A stretch of 64,000 bases of DNA from an uncultured archaeon (GCA_964632315.1 CAZWEM010000010.1:32001-96000); one strand, 5' to 3'. Positions 9,855-19,327 are shown, counted from the stretch's first letter. The notes: a model not told the origin generated them from the sequence alone. A program made the numbers and translations.

Positions 9855-11045
9855 ATGTCAGAAGATGAAGATTTATATTCTAAGTTGGGAGTATCATCCA
9901 AAAAAGAAGATGTCCATAAAGCGATAAGAGATATCAACAAAGGATTATTCCCTGGAGCCTTCTGTAAAGTTGTAGAAGATGTTAGAGGGAGAAAAGATTA
10001 TTGCTCTATTTTTCATTCTGATGGTGCAGGAACAAAATCCAGTCTAGCGTATATGTACTATAAAGAAACCGGAGATATTTCAATATTTAAAGGAATTACT
10101 AGAGATGCGATGATAATGAATATTGATGATCTTTTATGTGTAGGTGCAACAGATAAATACTTTTTATCAAATAATATTGGGAGAAACCCAAAACTAATAT
10201 CAGGAGAGGTTATAGCTGAAATTATTGCTGAATATCATTCTTATAGTAGTAAATTAAAGGATTTTGGTCTAAAAATCGAAGTATGCGGAGGAGAAACCGC
10301 GGATGTAGGAGATATCGTTAAAACTCTGCTCGTTGACGCATCAATTTTTACAACTATGAAAAGGGAAGACGTGATCGATGCGAGTAATATTAAACCCGGA
10401 GATGTTATAATTGGACTTGCTAGTGACGGACAAACAACCTATGAAGAACAATATAATAGCGGAATAGGCAGTAATGGTTTGACCCTTGCTCGGCACGGAG
10501 TTTTATCTGATCAATATATTAAAAAGTACCCCGAGTGCTTTAATAACGCTATCGAAAAGAAGTACATTTTTTTTGGAAAGTATTTAATTGAGGATAAAGT
10601 CCCCGGATTAAATTTAACAATTGGTAAAGCACTTCTATCTCCAACGAGAACTTATGCTCCTGTTGTGTTAGAAATTTTGAAAGAGTATCCAAAAGATGTT
10701 CATGCAATTATCCATAACACTGGAGGAGGTCAGACGAAGGTTATAAATTTCGGAAAAGGAATAAGATTCATAAAAAATAATTTATTTAAACTCCCGAAGA
10801 TATTTGAAGTAATTCAAAATTCTTCGGAAACAAATTGGCGAGAAATGTATCAAGTCTTTAATATGGGGAACCGTTTAGAGTTATATTGTAAAGAAAATAT
10901 AGCTAAATCAATTATAGGTATATGCAGCAAATTTAAACTATATGCTAAAATAATCGGACAATGTGAAAGGTCGAATGAAGGGAATAAAAATATAGTTGAA
11001 ATTAAATCAGAATTTGGTTCATTTTCATACAGAGAAAATCAATGA
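9855..11045 (+). CDS. purM: Phosphoribosylformylglycinamidine cyclo-ligase (AIR synthase)
   Basis: DGAGTK, MNIDDLLCVGA, GGETAD, GSNGLTLARH, HNTGGG, MYQVFNMG; follows purB. Confidence 0.93.
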   Translation: MSEDEDLYSKLGVSSKKEDVHKAIRDINKGLFPGAFCKVVEDVRGRKDYCSIFHSDGAGTKSSLAYMYYKETGDISIFKGITRDAMIMNIDDLLCVGATDKYFLSNNIGRNPKLISGEVIAEIIAEYHSYSSKLKDFGLKIEVCGGETADVGDIVKTLLVDASIFTTMKREDVIDASNIKPGDVIIGLASDGQTTYEEQYNSGIGSNGLTLARHGVLSDQYIKKYPECFNNAIEKKYIFFGKYLIEDKVPGLNLTIGKALLSPTRTYAPVVLEILKEYPKDVHAIIHNTGGGQTKVINFGKGIRFIKNNLFKLPKIFEVIQNSSETNWREMYQVFNMGNRLELYCKENIAKSIIGICSKFKLYAKIIGQCERSNEGNKNIVEIKSEFGSFSYRENQ

Positions 11046-11130
11046 GATTATTTCAAGTAAAGCATTTTAAAGTTTAATAATTTATATTCTTATCACTAAT
11101 ATTAATTTATAATTAGTCAATTGATTTTTT

Positions 11131-12186
11131 ATGGCAAGAAAAGAAAGTTCCATTAAGCAATTAATTAAGCAGAGATTTTATTTTTTATTAGAAGTAATTA
11201 TCGTTTTTTTTGGTATATTCTTCTTTTTACTCCCCACGATTTTCATCCCATACAATGAGAACTTGGATGTATCATATGGAATCTATTTCTATGCATTGCG
11301 TGCGATATTAGTATTTGTAGCTATATCATTATTTCTCTACGTTGCAAATTTTGCGATGGAAAAGAGAAGAAGAACAATTATTGTAGAAAGTGATTCAAGT
11401 CCATCAAAAAATTTTAGGAATCTTTTCTCTATTAAGAAATCAAATCTTAAATATCAAATGTTGTATGGAACTTTACTACTTTTCCTTTTATTCATCCCTT
11501 TAGACTATTTTACATATCTACTTTTACCCCAGATGATCCCTTTTTCTGCAAATTCTTTACTGCTCAATGTAACGAATTCTTATCTAGGAAAATCCTATTT
11601 TGTTTTTATTATATCTGCTATTATTATTCAATTTTCAGTGGCATTTTATGAAGAAGCTATTTCAAGGGGTTTTTTAACAAACAGAGGGAATGATTATGTT
11701 CCAAAAATGTCTGCAATCATGATATCTTCGGTTTTTTTTGGAATGGGTCATTTTACTTATATTTTAAACATTGCTTCTCTTGGATATTTAATAATGTTAC
11801 CTTTAATTTGGTGTATTGAAGCAATTGTGATAGGAATCATTCTTTCAATGCTCGTTATGAGGAGGAAATGGATTTTTCCAGCAATTTTTGCTCATGCAAT
11901 AAATAATATTATTTCAGCGCATGTGATATGGAATTATTTTCAAGGTAATGGCTTTACAATACTCGCAATATTTTTTTACCCTATTTTACTTGTTATTGGA
12001 TTAATTTTATTGATTTTGAATTATTCATTAATCCGAGAAGCCTTATCATTAGGTTTTAAGGATTTAAAAGTGTATTTTAAGAATAACGCCCGCATTAAAG
12101 AACCAACTGATCATAAAATAATCCGTATAATGTTAGATATCTTATTTGGGGTCCTAATATTCATATTTGGATACTTTTTGACATAG
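11131..12186 (+). CDS. CPBP (CAAX/Abi) family intramembrane metalloprotease
   Basis: EEAISRG, FFGMGH and AHAINN motifs; multi-TM. Confidence 0.88.
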   Translation: MARKESSIKQLIKQRFYFLLEVIIVFFGIFFFLLPTIFIPYNENLDVSYGIYFYALRAILVFVAISLFLYVANFAMEKRRRTIIVESDSSPSKNFRNLFSIKKSNLKYQMLYGTLLLFLLFIPLDYFTYLLLPQMIPFSANSLLLNVTNSYLGKSYFVFIISAIIIQFSVAFYEEAISRGFLTNRGNDYVPKMSAIMISSVFFGMGHFTYILNIASLGYLIMLPLIWCIEAIVIGIILSMLVMRRKWIFPAIFAHAINNIISAHVIWNYFQGNGFTILAIFFYPILLVIGLILLILNYSLIREALSLGFKDLKVYFKNNARIKEPTDHKIIRIMLDILFGVLIFIFGYFLT

Positions 12187-12196
12187 GAGAAAATAA

Positions 12197-12715
12197 ATGG
12201 TTGTAATTGGGATAATTTCCGATACTCACATAACTAACTTAAATTATTCGGATATAGGAGTTAAATTGATCAGTCAATTAAAAGATACTTTCAAAGATGT
12301 TAATGAAATTATCCATGCTGGGGATATCTGCTCAGAAGTCTTTTTAAATGATTTAAATGGCATCGCTCCGGTGATGTCTGTAAATAGTCAGGAAGATATA
12401 TTGGATTTAGATAGAATTATTATTTTTAAAAGAGGATTATATACAATTGGAGTTATCCATGAACAACCTAAAGATTTAGAAAAGTTTTGTAGAGAAAAAA
12501 ATCTACAGATATTAATTTTTGGGCATACTCATCAACCAATAATCAAGGGAACGAATTTTAATACATTGCTCATTAATCCTGGCAGCCCTACCAATCCTAA
12601 AGCCCCTCTATATAAACCTGGGTTTAAAATTCCTGTTCCTAAACCGACTGTGGTGATCTTGATCATCGACGAAGATAACATTCTATCCACGTATCTTATT
12701 AACTTAAAATCTTGA
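12197..12715 (+). CDS. YfcE/Vps29-like metallophosphoesterase
   Basis: ISDTH, HAGD, FGHTH, NPGS motifs; GNxD motif absent. Confidence 0.85.
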   Translation: MVVIGIISDTHITNLNYSDIGVKLISQLKDTFKDVNEIIHAGDICSEVFLNDLNGIAPVMSVNSQEDILDLDRIIIFKRGLYTIGVIHEQPKDLEKFCREKNLQILIFGHTHQPIIKGTNFNTLLINPGSPTNPKAPLYKPGFKIPVPKPTVVILIIDEDNILSTYLINLKS

Positions 12716-12841
12716 ATCTTTTAGAAATTAAAGATACTATTAGCCCCTTTAAATATTCTTTATGATAAGAAATGAGTTAAGATTAAATATTTTAAAAATA
12801 TTATAATTTATACATTTAAATGGCGAGAGTGAATATTAAAA

Positions 12842-13240
12842 TTGGTTAGTAAATTAGAGATGATTCTAAAAGAGCTCAATGATAACGGCAATTTTCGGGC
12901 TTCATTATTTTCCACATCTACTGGTCTCGTTTTAGCGTCCCAAAAAGTTGATGAAGTCGACGAGAAAGTTATTGCAGCTATGGGATCATTACTCAGTGAT
13001 GCTGCATATAAAGCTTCTGAAGAATTAGATTTATCTCAGTTAGAAAGTCTAAAGATTAGGTACCAAGAGGATTTCATTATTTGTAGAAATATCATTATGA
13101 ATGATGAGAAAACCCAATTCCTTTTGGCGGTTCTTTGCAAACCGCCTGAATCAGATGATGTAGAAAAGTATTTTTCCCAATTATTAGATTGGGCTGTTGA
13201 AAACTCTTCGCAGGATTTAGAGAAATTATCCTCTATATAA
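12842..13240 (+). CDS. Roadblock/LC7 domain protein
   Basis: SLFSTSTGLVLAS...IAAMGSLL pattern, 132 aa, typical roadblock architecture. Confidence 0.8.
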   Translation: MVSKLEMILKELNDNGNFRASLFSTSTGLVLASQKVDEVDEKVIAAMGSLLSDAAYKASEELDLSQLESLKIRYQEDFIICRNIIMNDEKTQFLLAVLCKPPESDDVEKYFSQLLDWAVENSSQDLEKLSSI

Positions 13241-13342
13241 TAATTGTGTTCTTTTATGCCTTTTACCAAAAAAATGAATTAAAATCAATTATTATATATT
13301 AGAGATGTAATATTTAATACATAAGTTTTCTAAATTTCTTTT

Positions 13343-14380
13343 ATGAAAGCGGCTTACATTCTCAAACATGGAGATCTAAATAATTTAATCGTTGGAGATT
13401 TAGATCAACCAAATATTAGTGAAAAAGAAATTTTAATTGAAACCAAGTTCAGTGCTCTCAATCATATTGATCTTTTTATCATAAAAGGATGGCCAGGATT
13501 AGAATTGAAAATGCCTCATATTTTAGGGAGTGATGCGAGTGGAGTCGTGGCTGAAGTGGGTTCATCTGTAGCTACTGTTAAAAAAGGAGATAGAGTAGTG
13601 ATCAACCCAGGTTTAAGTTGTGGAACTTGTGATTTCTGCCTTTCTGGAAAACAGAACTTCTGTAAAAATTTTTCAATTATGGGAGAAAATCAATGGGGAA
13701 CCCATGCTGAGTACTTTGTATTACCCGAAGTGAATGCCATAAAACTACCTTTAGATGTGAATTATGAATCTGCAGCTGCTGCTCCTTTAACATTCTTGAC
13801 TGCTTGGAGGGCATTAAAAAGTCAAGCAAACCTTCAGAATGGAGAAACAATAGTTATTCACGGTGCAGGAGGAGGTGTATCTACTGCGGCTATACAAATA
13901 GCTAAATTTTTAGGTGCAACTGTAATTACCACAACAAGTAGTGTTAAGAAGGTTGAGATAGCAAAAAAATTGGGTGCTGATTTTGTGATTAATTATAATG
14001 AAGATCCAAATTATGATGCTTATATATATAAAAATATAATGAATCGAGAGGGCGTCGATGTTGTATTAGATAGCGTGGGTAAGCACACATTTAAAAAGAG
14101 TTTAAGATTGCTTAAACCGGGTGGTCGTATGATTATACCGGGATCTACCACTGGTCCGATGAGTGAAGTAGATCTTAGACAAATATTTTGGAAACAACTA
14201 GAAATTAAAGGCACAACAATGAGTAATCAAAGTGAATTTAGAGAGGTCATGAAACTAATCTTTAAGGCAAAGTTAAATCCAGTAATAGATAGAATTTATC
14301 CCTTGAGTGAGATCAAAGAAGCTGAAGAATACCTCCAAGAGGGAAAACAGTTTGGAAAAGTTTTACTGAAAATTAAGTAA
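13343..14380 (+). CDS. Zinc-binding alcohol dehydrogenase / quinone oxidoreductase (MDR family)
   Basis: PHILGSDASG, structural Zn motif CGTCDFCLSGKQNFC, GAGGGVS NAD(P)-binding motif. Confidence 0.92.
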   Translation: MKAAYILKHGDLNNLIVGDLDQPNISEKEILIETKFSALNHIDLFIIKGWPGLELKMPHILGSDASGVVAEVGSSVATVKKGDRVVINPGLSCGTCDFCLSGKQNFCKNFSIMGENQWGTHAEYFVLPEVNAIKLPLDVNYESAAAAPLTFLTAWRALKSQANLQNGETIVIHGAGGGVSTAAIQIAKFLGATVITTTSSVKKVEIAKKLGADFVINYNEDPNYDAYIYKNIMNREGVDVVLDSVGKHTFKKSLRLLKPGGRMIIPGSTTGPMSEVDLRQIFWKQLEIKGTTMSNQSEFREVMKLIFKAKLNPVIDRIYPLSEIKEAEEYLQEGKQFGKVLLKIK

Positions 14381-15051
14381 TAATTCCAAATTGGTTTCGC
14401 GTGAATTTCAATACCTTTTGCGAAATAATGGATTCAAATCCCCCGTAAAAATGGTCTGCACCCTCAATAATAAATTTTGATTTTGGTTCCATGTAAGAAT
14501 CGTAATGGAAGTCAAATCTATCAAAAGAAGCAATATTATCCTTATCTCCTTGAATAAAAAATTTAGGTTTTGTAGTTTGGGTTGATTCCTTAAATCCTTC
14601 TCCCATAAAGTCCCAAGGAAAAGATATTGCACAGAAACCTATGACTATTTCGGAATAATTGACAAGGCTACATCCAATAGCAGCTCCATACGAGTATCCA
14701 CATATTAAAATCTTATCAAAATTTTCATTAGTCAAATAATCAATGCAAGTTTTAACATCTGTTAACTCTCCATTTCCTTCATATTGTTTACCAGCTGATT
14801 TTCCTACTCCTCGAAAATTAAAACGTAGACATGAAATATTATTTGTTAGTAATTCATTAAATATGCTCGATATTACATTATTATACATATTACCCCCATA
14901 TTTTCCCTTTCCTTGAGAAAGTCAAGTGAAATTGAGGATGGGGGTGGCAAAGTAATACTATTTTATTTATTTGATTTGTCTTCTTACGAGAAATTTCAGC
15001 TTCTAAAACATTATCTTCTCCTTTAATTATTATGTTTTTAGAGTCAAGCAT
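14373..15051 (-). CDS. Alpha/beta hydrolase (HPHPxxGGxMxN family, COG2945-like), two exons 15051..14933 and 14901..14373, 215 aa when spliced
   Basis: Exon 1 reads MLDSKNIII...VLLCHPHP(Q). Exon 2 reads YGGNMYNN...RFNFRGVG...GYSYG...QGDKD...GADHF (intact Ser-Asp-His triad). Joined in frame only after removing the 31-nt insert. Confidence 0.85.
14902..14932 (-). other. Putative 31-nt bulge-helix-bulge mRNA intron
   Basis: mRNA context ACCCCCA-UCCU-CA^A-UUUC-A-CUUGA-cuuuc-UCAAG-GAAA-GGGA-AA^A-UAUGGGGGU. 4-bp central helix UCCU/GGGA, two 3-nt bulges, internal hairpin and exon-exon stem. Excision restores CAA TAT GGG GGT AAT ATG. Confidence 0.8.
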
Positions 15052-15104
15052 AATTTTAATTAAGCATCATATAATATAATAATACTACTAAATAGCTAAT
15101 AATT

Positions 15105-15962
15105 ATGAAATTTAATCCCATTGTAATAGAGAGAAAATTAAAAGAATTTATTGAAGAAGACTGTAACTTTAGTGATGTAAGTTCAGCGACTACTATAGAT
15201 GATTTATCAAAGAGTAATGCTCATATAAAAGCAAAAAGTGAAGGATATGTTAGTGGGTTAGAGGAATTGAAAATCTTATACAATTTGTTAAAAGTATCTG
15301 TCGATCTTTTAAAAGAGGAAGGTGAAAAAGTTAAAAAAGGGGATATAATAGCAAATATAAATGGTCACACGCAATCTATTCTACTTGGAGAGAGAACGGC
15401 ATTGAACTTACTAACACATATGAGTGCAATTACTACAACCACAAGAAAATTTACTGAGATTGTCAAAGAATCGGGTAAAAATGTTAAGATCGCTTGTACT
15501 CGAAAAACACTTCCAGGCCTTAGGATCTTTGAAAAAAAAGCAGTATACTTGGGCGGAGGGGAAACTCATCGTTTTTCTTTGGATGATATGGTCTTGTTAA
15601 AGGACACTCATTTAAAGTATTATAATGGAAACGTGGAAACATTATTGAAGAGAGTGAAAGAAAAGGTAAGCTTTTCAAAAAAAATAGAAATTGAAGTGGA
15701 AAATGTCCCAGATGTTGTTACGGCAGCAAGGAATAGAGCAGATATTATTATGTTGGACAATATGAGTGCTGATGAAGTCCAAAAAGCTATTGATTTACTC
15801 AAGAAGAATAAATTGCGTGAGAATGTCATAATTGAAGTATCTGGAGGCATTTCTCTCGTTAACTTATTAGATTACGTAATTTTAGAACCAGATATAATAA
15901 GTTCAAGTGAAATTACACAGTTTCCATCAGAAAAATTAGATTTATCACTTAGATTTGGTTAA
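15105..15962 (+). CDS. nadC: Nicotinate-nucleotide pyrophosphorylase (quinolinate phosphoribosyltransferase)
   Basis: GERTALN, TRKTLPG, HRFSLDDMVLLKDTH, EIEVE, IMLDNM, EVSGGI. Confidence 0.96.
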   Translation: MKFNPIVIERKLKEFIEEDCNFSDVSSATTIDDLSKSNAHIKAKSEGYVSGLEELKILYNLLKVSVDLLKEEGEKVKKGDIIANINGHTQSILLGERTALNLLTHMSAITTTTRKFTEIVKESGKNVKIACTRKTLPGLRIFEKKAVYLGGGETHRFSLDDMVLLKDTHLKYYNGNVETLLKRVKEKVSFSKKIEIEVENVPDVVTAARNRADIIMLDNMSADEVQKAIDLLKKNKLRENVIIEVSGGISLVNLLDYVILEPDIISSSEITQFPSEKLDLSLRFG

Positions 15963-16351
15963 TCAATGACAATTTCATGAATTAAACAAGTGACGTCTTT
16001 TATTCTTGAGAGAGAATAATATAAATCTTTGATCATCCCAAATTCCCCAACAGTAAGTATAATTTCAATTTTTTTTTCCAAAATTCTCCAGTCTGTAATC
16101 GCTTTAATAATAGAATTGAATTGACTATAAAGTTCAGAGATTTCTTCCGCGATGTTATCTTTAAAGGGATAAACTAGGTTTATTGCCATTATTTTATAAC
16201 CCTCTAAATCTTCAAATTCTTCATGGTTTTCTATAAATTTCACAATAGAATCTCTTAATGCTTCACTCTTAGATTGAAAACCACTTTTTGATCTTATATT
16301 TTCAAATCTTTCTAATAAATCATCGCTAATCTGTAGAGAGATTATCTTCAT
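15959..16351 (-). CDS. NikR-like ribbon-helix-helix (CopG family) regulator
   Basis: N-terminal IISLQISDDLLERFE...SKSEALRD RHH plus ACT-like C-domain; NikR nickel-binding histidines not evident. Confidence 0.75.
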   Translation of the reverse strand: MKIISLQISDDLLERFENIRSKSGFQSKSEALRDSIVKFIENHEEFEDLEGYKIMAINLVYPFKDNIAEEISELYSQFNSIIKAITDWRILEKKIEIILTVGEFGMIKDLYYSLSRIKDVTCLIHEIVID

Positions 16352-16443
16352 TATAAAATAATTAAGGTTTATGCAAATATAAATTTTGAAATGACTATTT
16401 TTAGTTTTTAATTGAGTTAATTAGAAAAGTAAATTAATTCATT

Positions 16444-17118
16444 TCATTTTAACATTTTTCGAGGACAACTTGAAAAAAGTTGTTTGAACATTCTGTAAAA
16501 TTTATCCAAGTTTTCAATTTCTAATATGTAGGGTTCTCCAATTAAAAGACTTCCCCAATAGACTTTCGCAAGTTTTTCAACTAATTCTGCACTTTTTACA
16601 GCATTTGAGATGGATTTACCGCATACAATAACGCCATGGTTAGCCAATAAAGCAGCATTTTTATATCCCATTGCTTGTAAAGCAGCATTTGCTATATCAT
16701 CAGTATGTGCTTCGCCATATGACGAAATATCTATTGCTCCTCCTAAATAAATTATTTGTTCTTCCATAATAATAGGAATTCCTTTTCTAGAAATTGATAG
16801 CATCGATGCGTAAGTCGAATGAGTATGAATTACAGCTTGAACTTTTGGTCGAGATTTATATATTGCCACATGCAACTTCGCTTCTGTGGAGGGTAATTTT
16901 CCAGAACTTAAGGGAGTTCCATCAAACGCCATGTGCACTATCTGATCCTCGGTCAATGTGTTATATTGGTTTGCTGTGGGAGTAATAAGATATTCCTCTT
17001 TCTTTCCAACCCGAATACTGACGTTACCCTCATTATTTTCGACTAAACCTTTTGTAAAAATTGATTTGGCTCCTTCTACAACCGAATTTTTTAACTCTTT
17101 AAGTTTTTCTGATTCCAT
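16444..17118 (-). CDS. Class II aldolase/adducin family protein (FucA-like)
   Basis: GNVS, ITPT, PSTEAKLH, HTHS, LANHG. Confidence 0.9.
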   Translation of the reverse strand: MESEKLKELKNSVVEGAKSIFTKGLVENNEGNVSIRVGKKEEYLITPTANQYNTLTEDQIVHMAFDGTPLSSGKLPSTEAKLHVAIYKSRPKVQAVIHTHSTYASMLSISRKGIPIIMEEQIIYLGGAIDISSYGEAHTDDIANAALQAMGYKNAALLANHGVIVCGKSISNAVKSAELVEKLAKVYWGSLLIGEPYILEIENLDKFYRMFKQLFSSCPRKMLK

Positions 17119-17307
17119 GGTTGAATAAATTAAAAATGGAATAAAAAGATATCATTCTCTGTAAAAACTTCCAAACCAGAAGAATCACTTTTTTGTTATA
17201 GGATCCTTAAAATTCAATTAAATTGGAAAATCTATTACGAGGTATTTTTTATAATAACCGACATAATTTTTAATAGGTGTGAAAGGTCATAATAAAATGA
17301 TAACAAC

Positions 17308-18387
17308 ATGGCGCAAATAATCTTTCATTGCGATTTGGATGCGTTTTTTGCTTCTGTTGAGATTCGAGATCATCCAGAATATAAAAATAGACCTGTTATA
17401 ATAGGAGCCGATCCAAAGAAAGGGAAAGGGAGAGGAGTTGTATCTACTTGTAATTATAAAGCGAGAGAATATGGTTTACATTCAGCTTTACCCATATCTC
17501 AAGCCTATAAGAAATGTCCTCAAGGGATCTACTTAAGACCAAATTTTTTAAAATATAAAAAAGCCTCACAACAAGTAATGCAAATCCTCAATTCATTTTC
17601 GGAAGAGTTTCAACAAGTCAGCGTTGATGAGGCATATGTTGATATGTCTGAGAGGTGTAAGGATTTTGATGAGGCTAAAGAAATAGCGAAAGCGATTCAA
17701 AAATCAATAATGAAAGAGGTTGGTATAACCATGTCGATTGGAGTTGCATCTACTAAGTCCATAGCAAAAATAGCATCGGATTATCATAAACCCAATGGAA
17801 CAACCATTGTAAGACCAGAAGAGGTTAAAAGGTTCTTGTCTCCATTGGAAATAACACGCATACCTGGCATCGGAAAAAAGTCTAAATTTTATTATAACAA
17901 AAGGGGGATATTCACAATAGGAGATATCATTAAAACTCCTTTAAATTTAATGATTCAAAAGTTTGGAAAAAGTGGATCGTGGGCTTGGAGAGTGGCAAAT
18001 GGCTTAGATAATCGATCTGTAAAAGCCATTCCTGATGAGAGGAAGTCAATTAGTAAAGAACGAACCTTTTATGAAGATACAGCAGATTTTAGTTTAATTT
18101 TATCTAAATTGGAAGAGATAAACAAGAAAATTCATGATAAATTGAAACAAGGGGGAGTTTACTATAAAACAATTACTCTTAAAATTAGATTTCAAGGATT
18201 TTTAACCTATACTCGTTCGAAATCACTTCCTTTTCACATCCAAGATGAAAAAACCACAATTGATGTCATATTAGAGCTATATAAAGAGTTTTTGAATAAT
18301 GGTAAAAAAGTGCGATTAGTGGGCATTAAGCTGTCGAATTTGTCAGCAAAAGATAAAATACAAAGAAAATTGATTAGTTATTTATAA
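17308..18387 (+). CDS. dinB: DNA polymerase IV (Y-family, DinB/Dpo4)
   Basis: HCDLDAFFASVE, CNYKAREYG, SVDEAY, AKIASDYHKPNG, IPGIG. Confidence 0.96.
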   Translation: MAQIIFHCDLDAFFASVEIRDHPEYKNRPVIIGADPKKGKGRGVVSTCNYKAREYGLHSALPISQAYKKCPQGIYLRPNFLKYKKASQQVMQILNSFSEEFQQVSVDEAYVDMSERCKDFDEAKEIAKAIQKSIMKEVGITMSIGVASTKSIAKIASDYHKPNGTTIVRPEEVKRFLSPLEITRIPGIGKKSKFYYNKRGIFTIGDIIKTPLNLMIQKFGKSGSWAWRVANGLDNRSVKAIPDERKSISKERTFYEDTADFSLILSKLEEINKKIHDKLKQGGVYYKTITLKIRFQGFLTYTRSKSLPFHIQDEKTTIDVILELYKEFLNNGKKVRLVGIKLSNLSAKDKIQRKLISYL

Positions 18388-18438
18388 TCAAAGTTGAATT
18401 TTCTCAATATTATTTATAATCAAAGTTGAATTTTCTCA
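18378..18438. repeat. 29-bp direct repeat (TTATTTATAATCAAAGTTGAATTTTCTCA) x2 at convergent gene ends
   Basis: Identical copies at 18378-18406 and 18410-18438, separated by ATA. Confidence 0.9.
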
Positions 18439-19327
18439 TTGATTCCAATATTTCTTGATGAATATAGGAATTAGATGCAACTAACCCCGGAGCAGATACA
18501 ATCACTTTTTCATCATGAAATGTCAATTGATTACCATTAAGATCAGAAACTTTTCCTCCTGCTTCGCTTACTAACAAAATCCCAGGTAAAAAATCCCAAG
18601 CAAATGATCTCTCCATATTTAATGGTTTGATATATATATCGGCATCTCCATTAGCTATTAGACAAAATTTCGCCATACTATCCATTTGAATGAATTTTGC
18701 AATATTAACTTCTGAAGCAAATTTCATTACCCAAGGTTCATCATAATGAAGAGAATGACACATAAGTGCTTTTGATAGATTTCCCTGCTCACTAACTTTT
18801 ATTGTTGAAAAAGCTTCTCTTCCATAGGATACTTTTGCTCCATTTCCTTTTTCTGCTATGAAAATAGCTGTTCCTTTCTCATTAAAATTAGGAACCCCAA
18901 TGATAGAAATTCGAGGAATTGAATTCATCATTAATCCGATTCCAATTGCATAAGAAAGGTTCTTTTGAAATCCCTTGGTCCCATCAATTGGGTCTACTGT
19001 CCATTGTCTTTCAGATTTTGACTTTTTTTGTGATAAATCTATTTCGATATCAATATTTAAATCATCATAGCATAATTCAATCAAATCAAGATCAGTTATT
19101 GATAGGTTTATCTCATCGGTTTCTTCAGCAATGATTTGATCATCGGGAAAATATTCCGCAAGTCTAAAGGTGATAAAAAATTGTGATGCATAATCCGCTA
19201 ATGTAACTGGTGAGTTATCTTGTTTTTGAAAAGACTTAAAGCCTACATTACTGAACCATTTTGTAATTTCTGTTGCTTTTCTTACTGTTTCTATAGCAAT
19301 CTTTAATTCTGTATCAAAATTTTTCAT
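18410..19327 (-). CDS. Inositol monophosphatase superfamily, 3'(2'),5'-bisphosphate nucleotidase-like
   Basis: KQDNSPVTLADYASQ, AEE, DPIDGTKGF, WDFLPG...EAGG. Confidence 0.9.
   Translation of the reverse strand: MKNFDTELKIAIETVRKATEITKWFSNVGFKSFQKQDNSPVTLADYASQFFITFRLAEYFPDDQIIAEETDEINLSITDLDLIELCYDDLNIDIEIDLSQKKSKSERQWTVDPIDGTKGFQKNLSYAIGIGLMMNSIPRISIIGVPNFNEKGTAIFIAEKGNGAKVSYGREAFSTIKVSEQGNLSKALMCHSLHYDEPWVMKFASEVNIAKFIQMDSMAKFCLIANGDADIYIKPLNMERSFAWDFLPGILLVSEAGGKVSDLNGNQLTFHDEKVIVSAPGLVASNSYIHQEILESMRKFNFDYK

Noticed and set aside
14889-14940. Simple sequencing frameshift or programmed ribosomal frameshift in the hydrolase gene
   Set aside because: The discrepancy is a 31-nt structured insert splitting a conserved motif. 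A 1-nt shift would leave 10 extra residues inside HPHPxxGG, while BHB-rule excision is exact.
15959-16351. True nickel regulator NikR
   Set aside because: The His/Cys nickel ligands of the C-terminal domain are not present; kept as NikR-like only.
18378-18438. CRISPR array
   Set aside because: Only two copies, a 3-nt gap and no cas genes.
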